A DNA stretch of 46,120 bases, taken from the NCBI GenBank assembly GCA_040756235.1, contig JBFLZG010000048.1:1-46120 (forward strand), written 5' to 3'. The notes beneath the pieces are model-generated. The model ran no database searches. It had not been told where the DNA came from and saw only the letters and a program-made list of their open reading frames with translations. Positions 20,795 to 30,183 of the stretch are shown in pieces. Position 1 is the stretch's first letter; each line of letters begins with the position of its first letter. The position numbers and the translations under genes are program-made. The DNA is from a bacterium. GTDB lineage: Bacteria > Desulfobacterota > DSWW01.

Positions 20795-21616
20795 ATGTCA
20801 ACGAGAAAGAAGATCACCCGCAGGGAAATCAAAGAACCCGACGAGTTCATCACCCTCTCGACACGCGCGATCGAGTTCGCGAGAGAGCACGGGAGGGAAG
20901 CGCTCTGGGCGCTCGCGGGCGTCATGGTCCTGGCAGTCGCGATTTCGGTCTGGAGGGTGCACGCGCAGAATCAGGAGAAAAAGGCCAGGGAGCTGCTGGC
21001 CGAGTCACAGCAGCTGCTGGGTGCGATCTCCCAGGAAAGGGAAGAGAACGCTTCGGGGCAGAACGAGGCCGCCGCTGCAGAGGTGCTCCAGAGACTGGTC
21101 AAGGATTACGGCGGGACCCGGGCGGCCCAGACGGCACGCCTGCTGCTCGGCGAACTGTACTATCGCCAGAACGACTTCGGCAAGGCCATCGATACCTACA
21201 AGGCATTTCTCGACGAGGACGGTGATGTGCCGGAGCTGACGGCCCTGGCCTGGGAATCGTTGGGGTACTGCTACGAGGCGCAGGAAAACTACGAGGAGGC
21301 GGCGTCCTGCTATGAGAAGGCGAGCCGGGCCGCATCCTCGTTCCATCCCGGAGACGCCCTGCTCGGGCTCGCCCGGTCTCAAGAGAAGCTCGGAAAGCTC
21401 GAGCAGGCGGCCGACGCGTACCGGAAGCTCACGGCCGACTACCCCCAGCACCCGAGCGCCGATCAAGCCCGGGCGGGCCTCTCGAGAATCGAGAAGATCG
21501 AACCAGACGAAGGCAAGGAGCCGGGCCCGGGTAAGCAGGCGCAGCCCGAGGTCAAAAGTACTCCGGAAGATGCCGCCGCGCCTGCTCCATCATCTCCTCC
21601 GGGGCAATCGAAGTGA
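20795..21616 (+). CDS. Membrane-anchored TPR protein (YfgM-like)
   Basis: KKITRREIKEPDEF, one TM helix, TPR repeats and a low-complexity tail. Confidence 0.85.
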   Translation: MSTRKKITRREIKEPDEFITLSTRAIEFAREHGREALWALAGVMVLAVAISVWRVHAQNQEKKARELLAESQQLLGAISQEREENASGQNEAAAAEVLQRLVKDYGGTRAAQTARLLLGELYYRQNDFGKAIDTYKAFLDEDGDVPELTALAWESLGYCYEAQENYEEAASCYEKASRAASSFHPGDALLGLARSQEKLGKLEQAADAYRKLTADYPQHPSADQARAGLSRIEKIEPDEGKEPGPGKQAQPEVKSTPEDAAAPAPSSPPGQSK

Positions 21617-22919
21617 TCCTGCCCTGCTCGTACTGCCGGTGGACCCACTCGTAGATCCTGAGAATGCCCGGGTGGCGCTTGTCGATGCGCTTCTTCCTGC
21701 CGGTGGCGACGTGCCCGGAGATCCACAGGGCGATTCCGGCCACGCCGCTCTTGTCCGTGATCCCCACGTCCATGGGGCGGTTCAGCACCTTCTCGGTGTC
21801 GAAGATGTTGTAGATCTCCTCGTTCTTGAGCAGACCGTCCGCATGCACCCCGGCCCGCGTGGTGTTGAACTCGGAGCCGAGGAACGGGTAGTTGGACGGA
21901 ATCGAAACGTTCAGCTCCCGGGCGAAGTACTCGCCCATCTCCGTGATCGCTCGCGTGTCGAGGCCCGTGCTTTCCCCGGTCAGGCCCACGTATTCGATGA
22001 GCAGTCCTTCGATGGGCGCGTTTCCGGTCCTCTCGCCGAACCCCAGCAGCGTTCCGTTGGCTCCTGCGCACCCGTACAGCCAGGCCGTGGCCGCGTTCGT
22101 GAGAACCTTGTGGAAGTCGTTGTGGCCGTGCCACTCGAGCTGCTGCTTGGGCACGCCCCCTTCGTGGACGAGGGCGTGGATGATGCGCGGCACGCTGCGC
22201 GGCAGGGAAGCCCCCGGGTAGCTCACGCCGTAGCCCATGGTGTCGCAGGCGCGGATCTTGACCGGGATCCTGGCTTCCTCGGAAAGGCGCATGAGCTTCT
22301 GGACGAAGGGCAAGGTGCAGCCGTAGAAGTCCGAACGCGTGATGTCCTCCAAGTGGCACCTGGGCACGATCCCCAGGTCGAGTGCGGACTTCACAATGGC
22401 CAGATAGTCCTCGATCGCCTGGTGCCGATTCTTGTTCAGCTTGAGGTAGACATGGAAGTCCGAAATGGAGGTGAGGATGCCCGTCTCCTTGAGACCCATG
22501 TCCTTGACCAGCTGGAAGTCCTTCTTGACCGCCCGGATCCAGCCGGTGATCTCCGGATATCGGTAGCCCTTGGCGCGGCACAGCTCGATCGCCCGCCGGT
22601 CCTTGTCGGTGTAAAGGAAGAACTCGCTCTGTCGGATCACGCCCCGGTCTCCGCCCATGCGGTGCAGGAACTCGTAGAGCGCGGCGATCTGCTCGGGCTT
22701 GTACGGCGGGCGCGACTGCTGTCCGTCGCGGAAGGTCGTGTCGGTGATGAAGATCTCGTCGGGAGGGTCGAAGGGGACGACGACGAAGTCGAAGTCGATG
22801 CGCGGCACCTCGACGAAGGGAAAGATCTCACGATATAGATTGGGCTTCGTCGGGTTTTCGAGCTTGACCGCTTTCTGACGGTGGGGCAGGAACTTTCGGA
22901 AATCCGAGAATCTCGCCAT
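21552..22919 (-). CDS. DRE-TIM metallolyase, Re-citrate synthase-like
   Basis: PNLYREIFP, ITDTTFRDGQQ, PEITGWIRA, CHLEDITR, HGHNDF and GERTGN; resembles clostridial Re-citrate synthase more than LeuA, and has no regulatory domain. Confidence 0.8.
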   Translation of the reverse strand: MARFSDFRKFLPHRQKAVKLENPTKPNLYREIFPFVEVPRIDFDFVVVPFDPPDEIFITDTTFRDGQQSRPPYKPEQIAALYEFLHRMGGDRGVIRQSEFFLYTDKDRRAIELCRAKGYRYPEITGWIRAVKKDFQLVKDMGLKETGILTSISDFHVYLKLNKNRHQAIEDYLAIVKSALDLGIVPRCHLEDITRSDFYGCTLPFVQKLMRLSEEARIPVKIRACDTMGYGVSYPGASLPRSVPRIIHALVHEGGVPKQQLEWHGHNDFHKVLTNAATAWLYGCAGANGTLLGFGERTGNAPIEGLLIEYVGLTGESTGLDTRAITEMGEYFARELNVSIPSNYPFLGSEFNTTRAGVHADGLLKNEEIYNIFDTEKVLNRPMDVGITDKSGVAGIALWISGHVATGRKKRIDKRHPGILRIYEWVHRQYEQGRITSIAPEEMMEQARRHLPEYF

Positions 22920-23001
22920 CTTACTTTTCCTTTCGACTTGTCACGGGGCACTCGATTCGGTCTGTCCGGGGGTGCGGTCCTGGCGCGTGCGCGGATGCAC
23001 C

Positions 23002-24945
23002 TCAGAGCGCAAGCGACTCCTCGCCCGCCTGGATCCCCTCCGGCTCGCGCCGCTCCTTCCGGGCCAGCTCCTCCCGGATCCAGGCGTTCTGGAGGAAAAG
23101 GGCCCGCTCGATCTCGAACAGCATCCGGTGCATGTATCGCTTGGCGTGGGCCCTCTTTCCCCGCTTTTCCCCTTCGAGCCCTTTTTCCAGATAGCCGACG
23201 AACGCGGAGAGGGTGTGCGGGGCCAGCGGCCTGACCGAGGATGCCCAGCGCCGCAGGGTCTCGATCTCCTGGGCCGCGGCGTCATGGTACTGGCAGGTGG
23301 CGACGGAGCTCATCGGCCGCGGGCGGTAGCCGAGATGAAACCCCTTGAGGGCGACGATCAGGGGTTCGTATCTGCGCTGGGCCCTGAGGCGGGGAAACTG
23401 GTATTCCATGACCCGCAAGGGCCGGTTCCCCTCTTCCGAGCCGATCAGGGAGTGGAAGTTCTCGCGGATCACGTGCAGGTTGCCCCACGGATCGACCGTC
23501 TCCTCGTCGTGAATCCTCCTTTCGACCAGCTCCCATCCCCGGCTCCAGCCGAAATCGCCCCCGAGGAGCAGGAGGCACTGGAGCATCTCGGGATCGTTGT
23601 CCTTGCGCCAGGGCTTGTCTTCGAGGTCCTGGAAGGAGAGATGAAGGCTGTGCGGCCGGATCCTGGTGAAGGAGATCAGCTCTTCGATCAGGCCGGCCAG
23701 GACTCGGGGGTCATCCGTGACCGGCTGCGACTGCCTCTCCAGGATCTCGGTCTTGCCCAACGAATACTCGAGGAACCCGCCCTCGGTCTGGTCGCGCACG
23801 AGGGAGTATTTGTGATCGTCCACATGTCCGCCCAGCTTCCACGACCTTCGCTCCAGGTCGTAGTCATAAAAGTAGCGGAAATGGTTGTGGCGGAGGTCCG
23901 GCGGGCGTTCCGGCCGCGTCGCCAGGCGGCCGAAGTCGCTGAACTCCAGCTCGGCGCCCATGGGGACGATTCCATGCTGACGCTCGAGCAGGATCTCCCG
24001 GACGATGAAGCCTGCCTCGAGGGAGTGCCTGCGGTAAAACCGATGGGCGATCTGGACCGCGCGAAAAGAATAATCGAAGTAATCCCTCCCTGATGCCGGC
24101 GGCGAAGGACCGTCGAACGTGCAGACCTCCTCCAGAGCCGCGTCCAGCTCCGCCTGGTGCCGGTTGTGCAGCTTGAGGGCGGCCAGCAGCGACAGGGTGA
24201 ACCGGCTGTACGGCATGCGCACGAAGAACTCGGAGCGGAATTGATGCCGAAAGCTCTCCTCGAGCTGGTTGAGAAGGATGAAGCGCATGGCGAGAGAGAG
24301 ATAATGGGGAGCATGGGCCAGCTTCTCGGGATCCTGCCGGATCTTGGCCAGACTCGGCATGCCGCGGATCTTCAGGCGCGAGTCGATGGTGTAGTCGCTG
24401 ATGTACTTGTCCAGGAGGAGCATGTTGAGGAGGTTGGAGACCTCGGCCCCGAACAGCTCCTGACGCGTCAGGGCCGCCAGCTCGGATTCGGAGCGCGGCT
24501 CGGACGGGTTCATCATCAGGATCTTGATGCGCTCGCCGGCGTGCTCCTCGATGAACTTCTCCGCCTTTTCCACGAGGGCGAGATCCATGTTGGGGCCGAA
24601 GGCCCGGCGGATGTGGATCAGATTGGCGATGTACGCCTGGGCGCCGACCGCTCTGCCGTGCATCGAGAGGGTCACGCGCCTGCGGTCGTACAGCGTCCCC
24701 TCGCATTCGAAGTGATCGATCTTCTGCAGCGTCTCCGCCGTGATCCCGAAGTAGCACTTGCCGTAGACGCGTCCGTCGGGATGTGGGAGGATGAAGGGGA
24801 ACCCTAGGGGGGTGTAAAACTTCTTGTACCCCGTGAGGACGGCCGGCCGGCCCTCGTGCATCTCGCCGGTGATCGACTCGATGAACGCGGGGTTCCGCAG
24901 GGAACCGTACGCGAAGAGATTGACCTTCCTGGAGGGGCGCGGCAT
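23002..24945 (-). CDS. Gamma-glutamylcyclotransferase (GGCT/AIG2) domain fused to a large uncharacterised, possibly amidoligase, domain
   Basis: N-terminal LFAYGSL...IDHFE...YDR; C-terminal GAELEFS, LEY, HSLHLS and MEYQFPR motifs. Confidence 0.75.
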   Translation of the reverse strand: MPRPSRKVNLFAYGSLRNPAFIESITGEMHEGRPAVLTGYKKFYTPLGFPFILPHPDGRVYGKCYFGITAETLQKIDHFECEGTLYDRRRVTLSMHGRAVGAQAYIANLIHIRRAFGPNMDLALVEKAEKFIEEHAGERIKILMMNPSEPRSESELAALTRQELFGAEVSNLLNMLLLDKYISDYTIDSRLKIRGMPSLAKIRQDPEKLAHAPHYLSLAMRFILLNQLEESFRHQFRSEFFVRMPYSRFTLSLLAALKLHNRHQAELDAALEEVCTFDGPSPPASGRDYFDYSFRAVQIAHRFYRRHSLEAGFIVREILLERQHGIVPMGAELEFSDFGRLATRPERPPDLRHNHFRYFYDYDLERRSWKLGGHVDDHKYSLVRDQTEGGFLEYSLGKTEILERQSQPVTDDPRVLAGLIEELISFTRIRPHSLHLSFQDLEDKPWRKDNDPEMLQCLLLLGGDFGWSRGWELVERRIHDEETVDPWGNLHVIRENFHSLIGSEEGNRPLRVMEYQFPRLRAQRRYEPLIVALKGFHLGYRPRPMSSVATCQYHDAAAQEIETLRRWASSVRPLAPHTLSAFVGYLEKGLEGEKRGKRAHAKRYMHRMLFEIERALFLQNAWIREELARKERREPEGIQAGEESLAL

Positions 24946-24998
24946 GTCGGGCCTTCAACAAAGTTGTGCCGTGCGGGCTACCAGAGCACACGATGACA

Positions 24999-25171
24999 GA
25001 GCCTGTCTCAACAGACTTGATCCTAGAGGCTGTTCAATAATACCCAGATGCAAGGCGCACGGTATCCTGAGGAACGAGGCGTACATGGGAGTACGCTGCA
25101 GTGAGTGAACTGGGGGATTGCTTCGCTGCGCTCGCAACAGGCCCCGCAGATGGGCGTTCTGGGACAGGCTC
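24999..25171 (+). repeat. Long-hairpin intergenic repeat, copy 2
   Basis: GAGCCTGTCTCA...GAGGCTGTTCAATAATACCCAGATGCAAGG...GGCGTACATGGGAGTACGC...GCAGATGGGCGTTCTGGGACAGGCTC. Confidence 0.9.
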
Positions 25172-25329
25172 CATGATAAGGAGGGCCGCCGCTGCTGTAA
25201 AGGGCCGGAAACGCCGATGGAGTAGTGTATGGACGCTTTCCCCGGTTGACGAGCCGGCGGCGCGCGACCTAAGATGAAGAGCCGCCGAACTGTGCGTGTC
25301 GGCTCCCAAAAGTGTCGCGGAGGCGAATC

Positions 25330-25638
25330 ATGAAAAGGAAGCACGAGGTGAAGCTCGGACGGACCAGGACCTCTTTCCTCCTGCTCTTGGGTTGCTTTCT
25401 CTGCTCCCTGTGGCTGGCTGCGCCCGGGGCGTCGGCCGCCGAGGCGAAATTCGACTCGCAGGAAGCGGGGCACCCCCTGCGGATCGCCGCCTATGTGCTG
25501 CACCCGATCGGCGTCCTGATCGAATACGCCGTGATGAGGCCGGCCTACCATGCCGTGCAGCAAGAGCCGCTTGCCACCATTTTCGGCGCGGAAAAAAGGC
25601 CGGTGAAGTCCCAAGAAGAGGATTGTGAGGAGCCGTGA
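25330..25638 (+). CDS. Small exported/membrane hypothetical protein
   Basis: GGAGG RBS, signal peptide ending ASA, then HPLRIAAYVLHPIGVLIEYAVMRP. Confidence 0.7.
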   Translation: MKRKHEVKLGRTRTSFLLLLGCFLCSLWLAAPGASAAEAKFDSQEAGHPLRIAAYVLHPIGVLIEYAVMRPAYHAVQQEPLATIFGAEKRPVKSQEEDCEEP

Positions 25639-25682
25639 GCGTCCGACGGGTTGATCTCGACTTGAGAAGAAGCGCGCCGGTC

Positions 25683-26138
25683 ATGGAGTCCGTCATCCGC
25701 AGGATGGAGGAATCGGATCTCGAAGAGGTCCTCGCGATCGAGCGCGTCTCCTTCCCCTCTCCCTGGAGCCAATGGGCCTTTCGCAGCGAGATGCAGAACC
25801 CCCACTCCCGCCCTCTGGTCCTCACTCGGGCCGCTGCTCCCTGCCTGATCGGATATCTTTGCTCCTGGATCATCCTGGACGAGTGCCACATACTCAATCT
25901 GGCCGTCCATCCGAGCTTGCGCAGGAGAGGGGCCGCGTCGCGCATGATCGATCATCTGTTGAGGTACTGCCTCGAGATCGGCACCAGCCGCTACTACCTG
26001 GAGGTGCGGGTCTCCAACCAGCACGCCATCACGCTCTACCAGAAGTTCGGCTTTCACGTGTGCGGCGTCCGGCGAGGCTACTACTCGGACACCGGCGAGG
26101 ATGCCTATATCATGCACAGGGGAGCCACTTGCCTCTAA
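25683..26138 (+). CDS. rimI: Ribosomal protein S18 alanine N-acetyltransferase
   Basis: IERVSFPSPWS, HILNLAVHP, LEVRVSN, LYQKFGF and YYSDTGEDA; the start could alternatively be 25635. Confidence 0.9.
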   Translation: MESVIRRMEESDLEEVLAIERVSFPSPWSQWAFRSEMQNPHSRPLVLTRAAAPCLIGYLCSWIILDECHILNLAVHPSLRRRGAASRMIDHLLRYCLEIGTSRYYLEVRVSNQHAITLYQKFGFHVCGVRRGYYSDTGEDAYIMHRGATCL

Positions 26139-26959
26139 CCTCCGCTCGACGGTCCGTCCTGGACCTTTCGGTTTTGTCCAATCAGCAGGTTTTCCCGGGA
26201 ACGTTCCTGCTCACCTTCGAGGGCGGGCCTCTGAGCGAGAGCGTCCGTCCCGGCCAGTTCGTCATGCTGTCGCTTCCCGGCCGGCTCGATCCGCTCCTGC
26301 CGCGGCCCTATGCGGTCTACGACGTCGAGGGAAGCCGGGCGCAGGTCCTTTACAAGCGGGTAGGAAAGGGGACCCGGCTCCTGTCGCTCCTCCGGCCGGG
26401 AGATCCCTTTCGCATCCTGGGCCCTCTGGGAAACGGGTTCTTGCTGCCCGAGCCGGCGGCGCCCTGCCTGATCCTGGCAGGAGGCATGGGCTTCGCCTCG
26501 GTCCACCTCCTGGCCAGGCGCGCGCGCGCAGCGGGCTGCCGCACCCGGCTCCTGTACGGGGCCAGAACCGGACAAGAGATTCCGCCGCTGGCCGCCCTGG
26601 AGTCTCGAGGAGTCGACGTGCGCGTCGCGACGGAGGACGGGAAGGTGGGTTTTCACGGCCGGGTGACCGATCTGTTGCGCCGCACGCTGGAGGCCCCCGG
26701 GGAGCCGCTCCCCTCTGCAACGCTGGCCTTCGTGTGCGGCCCCCCCTCGATGTTGCGGCAAGCGGCAGGGATGTTGGAAGAGGCCGGAATCGAAGGGCAG
26801 TTCTCGCTCGAGGCGCGGATGGCCTGCGGGTACGGCGTGTGCCAGGGATGCGTCACCCGGGCCAAGAGGACCGGGGAGTCGCAGCAGGCAGCGTACCGCA
26901 AGGTCTGCGCCGAAGGCCCCGTGTTCCGGACCGATGAAATCGACTGGGAAGCTTACTGA
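26129..26959 (+). CDS. pyrK: Dihydroorotate dehydrogenase electron transfer subunit
   Basis: PGQFVML, RPY, GPLGNGF, GGMG, CGP and MACGYGVCQGC; TTG start after AGGGGAG. Confidence 0.9.
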   Translation: MPLTSARRSVLDLSVLSNQQVFPGTFLLTFEGGPLSESVRPGQFVMLSLPGRLDPLLPRPYAVYDVEGSRAQVLYKRVGKGTRLLSLLRPGDPFRILGPLGNGFLLPEPAAPCLILAGGMGFASVHLLARRARAAGCRTRLLYGARTGQEIPPLAALESRGVDVRVATEDGKVGFHGRVTDLLRRTLEAPGEPLPSATLAFVCGPPSMLRQAAGMLEEAGIEGQFSLEARMACGYGVCQGCVTRAKRTGESQQAAYRKVCAEGPVFRTDEIDWEAY

Positions 26960-26960
26960 C

Positions 26961-27881
26961 ATGCCCAACACCTCGGTCTCCATCGCCGCAGTCGCCTTGA
27001 AGAACCCGGTCATGACGGCTTCGGGCACCTGCGGCTACGGGGAGGAGCTCGCGGGGTTCTTCGACCTGTCGCGGCTCGGAGCCCTGGTGGTCAAGGGGAT
27101 CTCCGTCCTGCCGAGGCCCGGCAACCCTCCTCCCCGGATCGTGGAGACCTGCGGCGGCATGCTGAACGCCATCGGTTTGCAGAACGTGGGCTTCGAGGCG
27201 TTCGTGCGGGATTGTCTGCCCGGTCTGCGTCAGGTCCGGACCGCGCTGATCGTGAACATCCTGGGCGAGTCCGAAGAGGAATACGCGCTGCTGGCCGAGA
27301 GCTTGGGGGGGCAGGATGGAGTGGCCGCGATCGAGGTGAACGTTTCCTGCCCCAACGTGAAGCGCGGAGGGCTTTCTTTCGGCGCTGACCCGGAGGCCCT
27401 CGAAAGGTTGGTCCGCACCATCAGGACAAGGACCGCCCGCCCGCTTCTGGTCAAGTTATCGCCCAACGTCACCGATGTTGTAGACATGGCGCTCAGAGCC
27501 GAGGATGCGGGCGCCGACGGGCTCACGTTGATCAACACTCTCCGGGGAATGGCCATCGACCTGAGCTCGCGCTCGCCCAGCCTGGGGACGGTTGTAGGCG
27601 GGCTGTCCGGGCCGGCGATCAAGCCCGTGGCCCTGCGCATGGTGTGGGAGGTTTCCCGGCGCGTGCGCATCCCGGTCGTGGGCGTGGGAGGGATCCTCAC
27701 CGCAGAGGATGCACTGGAGTTTCTGGTCTGCGGCGCCACCGCCGTGCAGGTGGGGACCGCGCACTTCCGGAGCCCGACGGCTTGCATCGACGTGATCGAG
27801 GGAATCGATGCTTACCTGACGGCTCACGGGATAGGGGACGTGCGCGAGCTGATCGGCTCGCTCAAGGTGCCCGGCAGGTGA
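26961..27881 (+). CDS. pyrD: Dihydroorotate dehydrogenase (family 1B)
   Basis: KNPVMTASGT, NAIGLQN, NVSCPN, KLSPN and GGLSGPAIKP. Confidence 0.95.
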   Translation: MPNTSVSIAAVALKNPVMTASGTCGYGEELAGFFDLSRLGALVVKGISVLPRPGNPPPRIVETCGGMLNAIGLQNVGFEAFVRDCLPGLRQVRTALIVNILGESEEEYALLAESLGGQDGVAAIEVNVSCPNVKRGGLSFGADPEALERLVRTIRTRTARPLLVKLSPNVTDVVDMALRAEDAGADGLTLINTLRGMAIDLSSRSPSLGTVVGGLSGPAIKPVALRMVWEVSRRVRIPVVGVGGILTAEDALEFLVCGATAVQVGTAHFRSPTACIDVIEGIDAYLTAHGIGDVRELIGSLKVPGR

Positions 27882-27887
27882 GGCAGC

Positions 27888-28232
27888 ATGTCGGATCCGT
27901 ACATGGAAGCCCGGCGGGAGCTTGACCAGGCGAAGAAGCTCTTTCTCAAGCTCCACATGAAAAAGGAACAGGAGATTGCCCTCAGGCGTGTGGGCAAGAG
28001 GCTCTGCGCGAGCGACATCAAGGAGATGCGCGAGCTGGAAGGAACCATCGAAGGTCTGTTCGACAGGCCGCGGACCACGGCGAACGCCCAGCAGCGCAGC
28101 CTGCTCGAAAATGTCAAGAACCAGTATCGGGCATCCATGCGCTCCTGGAAGAACCGCCTTCGCTTTGCCGAGCAGTACCGCCTGAAGAGGCGCAAGATCC
28201 GCCTGAACGCAACCGGTGCGGCGCAGCCGTAG
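27888..28232 (+). CDS. Hypothetical basic alpha-helical protein
   Basis: 114 aa ORF 6 nt after pyrD with a GAGG RBS and host-like codon usage; no motif recognised. Confidence 0.6.
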   Translation: MSDPYMEARRELDQAKKLFLKLHMKKEQEIALRRVGKRLCASDIKEMRELEGTIEGLFDRPRTTANAQQRSLLENVKNQYRASMRSWKNRLRFAEQYRLKRRKIRLNATGAAQP

Positions 28233-28293
28233 GCCGGTCCAACGCTCTCGGCGCCCGGCCGGTTTCACCTCATTTTCGGCTTGGGCCCGCCCC

Positions 28294-28322
28294 TTGTCCT
28301 CGGCTCCTCTTTTTGTTACTAT
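28294..28322 (+). promoter_or_regulatory. Putative tRNA-Val promoter
   Basis: TTGTCC-17 nt-TACTAT with an extended -10 TG. Confidence 0.5.
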
Positions 28323-28338
28323 TTGCGGCGTGCATCGT

Positions 28339-28413
<75 letters not shown>

Positions 28414-28423
28414 CAATAAAATC

Positions 28424-28457
28424 AAAGGGTTGCGGGCAATTCCTCAACCCTTTTATT
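28424..28457 (+). terminator. Hairpin/terminator after tRNA-Val
   Basis: AAAGGGTTG...CAACCCTTT followed by TATT. Confidence 0.55.
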
Positions 28458-28860
28458 GTTCTCTGATCCGCCATTGTGACCAGTTCGCGAAAATCTTGCC
28501 CTCCAACCGAAGCGCCGCAGTCTGACGTACCGGTCGAGTCTCTTTGAAATGTGTGTTCTCCCACCCGTCCGGCCCGGATACGCCCTATCCGGGGAGCAGA
28601 AGATTTTCCTTGCGGCATGTAGATAAACGCTATTATGATCCAGTTTCGACCTGGAACACCCGCCAAAGGGTGAGCCCATGTTCCGAGTCTCGTTCCGCTC
28701 TGTCTGGCACTTTTCAGCACGTTCTTAGTGGGATGCCCACAGCCACGACCGGACATGGACTACGCGAGATGAGGCAGAAGCATCGAAGTTGGGGAGGATT
28801 TCAACGGCCGGAGAGCTGCCCTTTTTGACGGGTCTGTGAAAGCAAGAGAGAGGATCTGCC

Positions 28861-29949
28861 ATGGCAAAGAGACTCAAAGGAAAGGCCCTGGAAGAATTCA
28901 AGAACGCAGTGAAGCTCCGGCCCTTTGAGTCACGGGACGCAGAGCCGTGCAATACTCTGTATAACTTAGTTTTTAAGCAGGAGCGTACGGTCGACCAATG
29001 GAGATGGCTCTACGAGGAGAGACCCAGGGGGGGGCATGCCACGTTCGTTGCCGAGCTTGACGGAGAGATTATCGGGCAGTATCCGACCGTCTTCACGCTG
29101 TACAAGCTTGGCGATCGGGAGGTGCTCGCCGCGGACCACATCGATGCTTCCATGAAGCGCGAGTACCAGGGAACAGGGGTCTATTCGAAAATGGGCAACA
29201 TGCATCACGAGTGCTTTGATCTCGTATTTGGCATGGGATTCCCGACCCCGATCTACTACCGTTTCGGGTCCAAGACATTAGGTTACATTGGGGTCTCCAA
29301 GGTCCCAAAATGGCTGAAGATCTTCAGATCCGAACGGATCATCGAGCGAACTGTCCCCGTCAAACCTTTCGTAAAACTGGCCGGAGCCCTGTGCAAGCCG
29401 GCAACGCAGATCCTTTTTCGCGCTAAGGAAAAGATCCCTCTCGAAGGGTTTGCTTTCGAGAAGGTGGAAGCCTTCGATGGTCGCGTCGACGCTTTGTGGG
29501 AACGGGTCAAAGAAGATCGGCCGTTCCTGCTGGTCCGGGACAGTGCCTTTCTGAATTGGCGTTTCAGGAAGAACCCGTTTCGCAGATTCGACCTCTTTCA
29601 TCTGCTCAGGGGAGGCGAGGTCATCGGCTACGTGGTTTGTACGGTTGCAGCCTTCAAGAGAGGAAGAAAAGGATTCCTGGCCGACCTGCTCGTCATTCGA
29701 GATCCCGAGGCGGAGAAGGCGGCCATCGGATTTGCCCTGGAGCATTTTCGAAGCTGCGGTGCGGACTACGTTATCTGCCTCATGCTGGATAAGTACTATA
29801 TGGATCACCTGAAGCGTTTCGGGTTCGTCAGGATCCCGACACGGACGTTCCTTGCCTTCAAGAATTTCAATCCCGGAAAGATCAACTCGGAAAAGCTTTG
29901 CATTCCTGACAACTGGTACATCAGCGGTGCGGATGCGGACTGGGTCTAG
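28861..29949 (+). CDS. Tandem GNAT-family acetyltransferase
   Basis: WRWLY, EIIGQY, REYQGTGVYSKM acetyl-CoA loop, VRDSAFLNWRF and C-terminal WYISGADAD. Confidence 0.75.
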   Translation: MAKRLKGKALEEFKNAVKLRPFESRDAEPCNTLYNLVFKQERTVDQWRWLYEERPRGGHATFVAELDGEIIGQYPTVFTLYKLGDREVLAADHIDASMKREYQGTGVYSKMGNMHHECFDLVFGMGFPTPIYYRFGSKTLGYIGVSKVPKWLKIFRSERIIERTVPVKPFVKLAGALCKPATQILFRAKEKIPLEGFAFEKVEAFDGRVDALWERVKEDRPFLLVRDSAFLNWRFRKNPFRRFDLFHLLRGGEVIGYVVCTVAAFKRGRKGFLADLLVIRDPEAEKAAIGFALEHFRSCGADYVICLMLDKYYMDHLKRFGFVRIPTRTFLAFKNFNPGKINSEKLCIPDNWYISGADADWV

Positions 29950-30031
29950 GAAAGGAGCATGAACCTTCTTGGGCCGGGGGCATCCAATGGCCGTGGTTCT
30001 CTACCCGTTTATTCTGTCATTCATATAGATA

Positions 30032-30183
30032 GAGCTTGTCCCACAAGCCCCAGTTCGAGAGCCTGTTCGAAAATGCCCAGATGCAAGGCGCGCGAAATCC
30101 CGAGGAATGAGGCGTACATTTCAGTACGCCGCAGTGACGAGGGACGAGCGCAACGCCGCAGATGGGCGTTTTGGGACAGGCTC
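30032..30183 (+). repeat. Long-hairpin intergenic repeat, copy 3 (best conserved; flanked by TAGATA direct repeats)
   Basis: Terminal IR GAGCTTGTCCCA/TGGGACAGGCTC; TAGATA at 30026-30031 and 30184-30189. Confidence 0.9.

Noticed and set aside
19997..21616. 539 aa ORF as an extended TPR protein
   Set aside because: The N-terminal part overlaps purC out of frame; the real start is at 20795.
24993..25178. Target-site duplications at repeat copies 2 and 4
   Set aside because: The flanks are only similar (ATGACA/CATGATA; TAGGTA/TAAGGT), not identical. Only copy 3 has an exact direct repeat.
24824..25309. Short ORFs spanning repeat copies (also 29959-30186) as real peptides
   Set aside because: The shared RNEAY-type peptides simply reflect translation of the DNA repeat; starts and stops are not conserved.
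28705..28720. Sigma54 promoter-like TGGCACTTTTCAGCA upstream of the GNAT gene
   Set aside because: The GG-to-GC spacing is one base short of the strict -24/-12 requirement.
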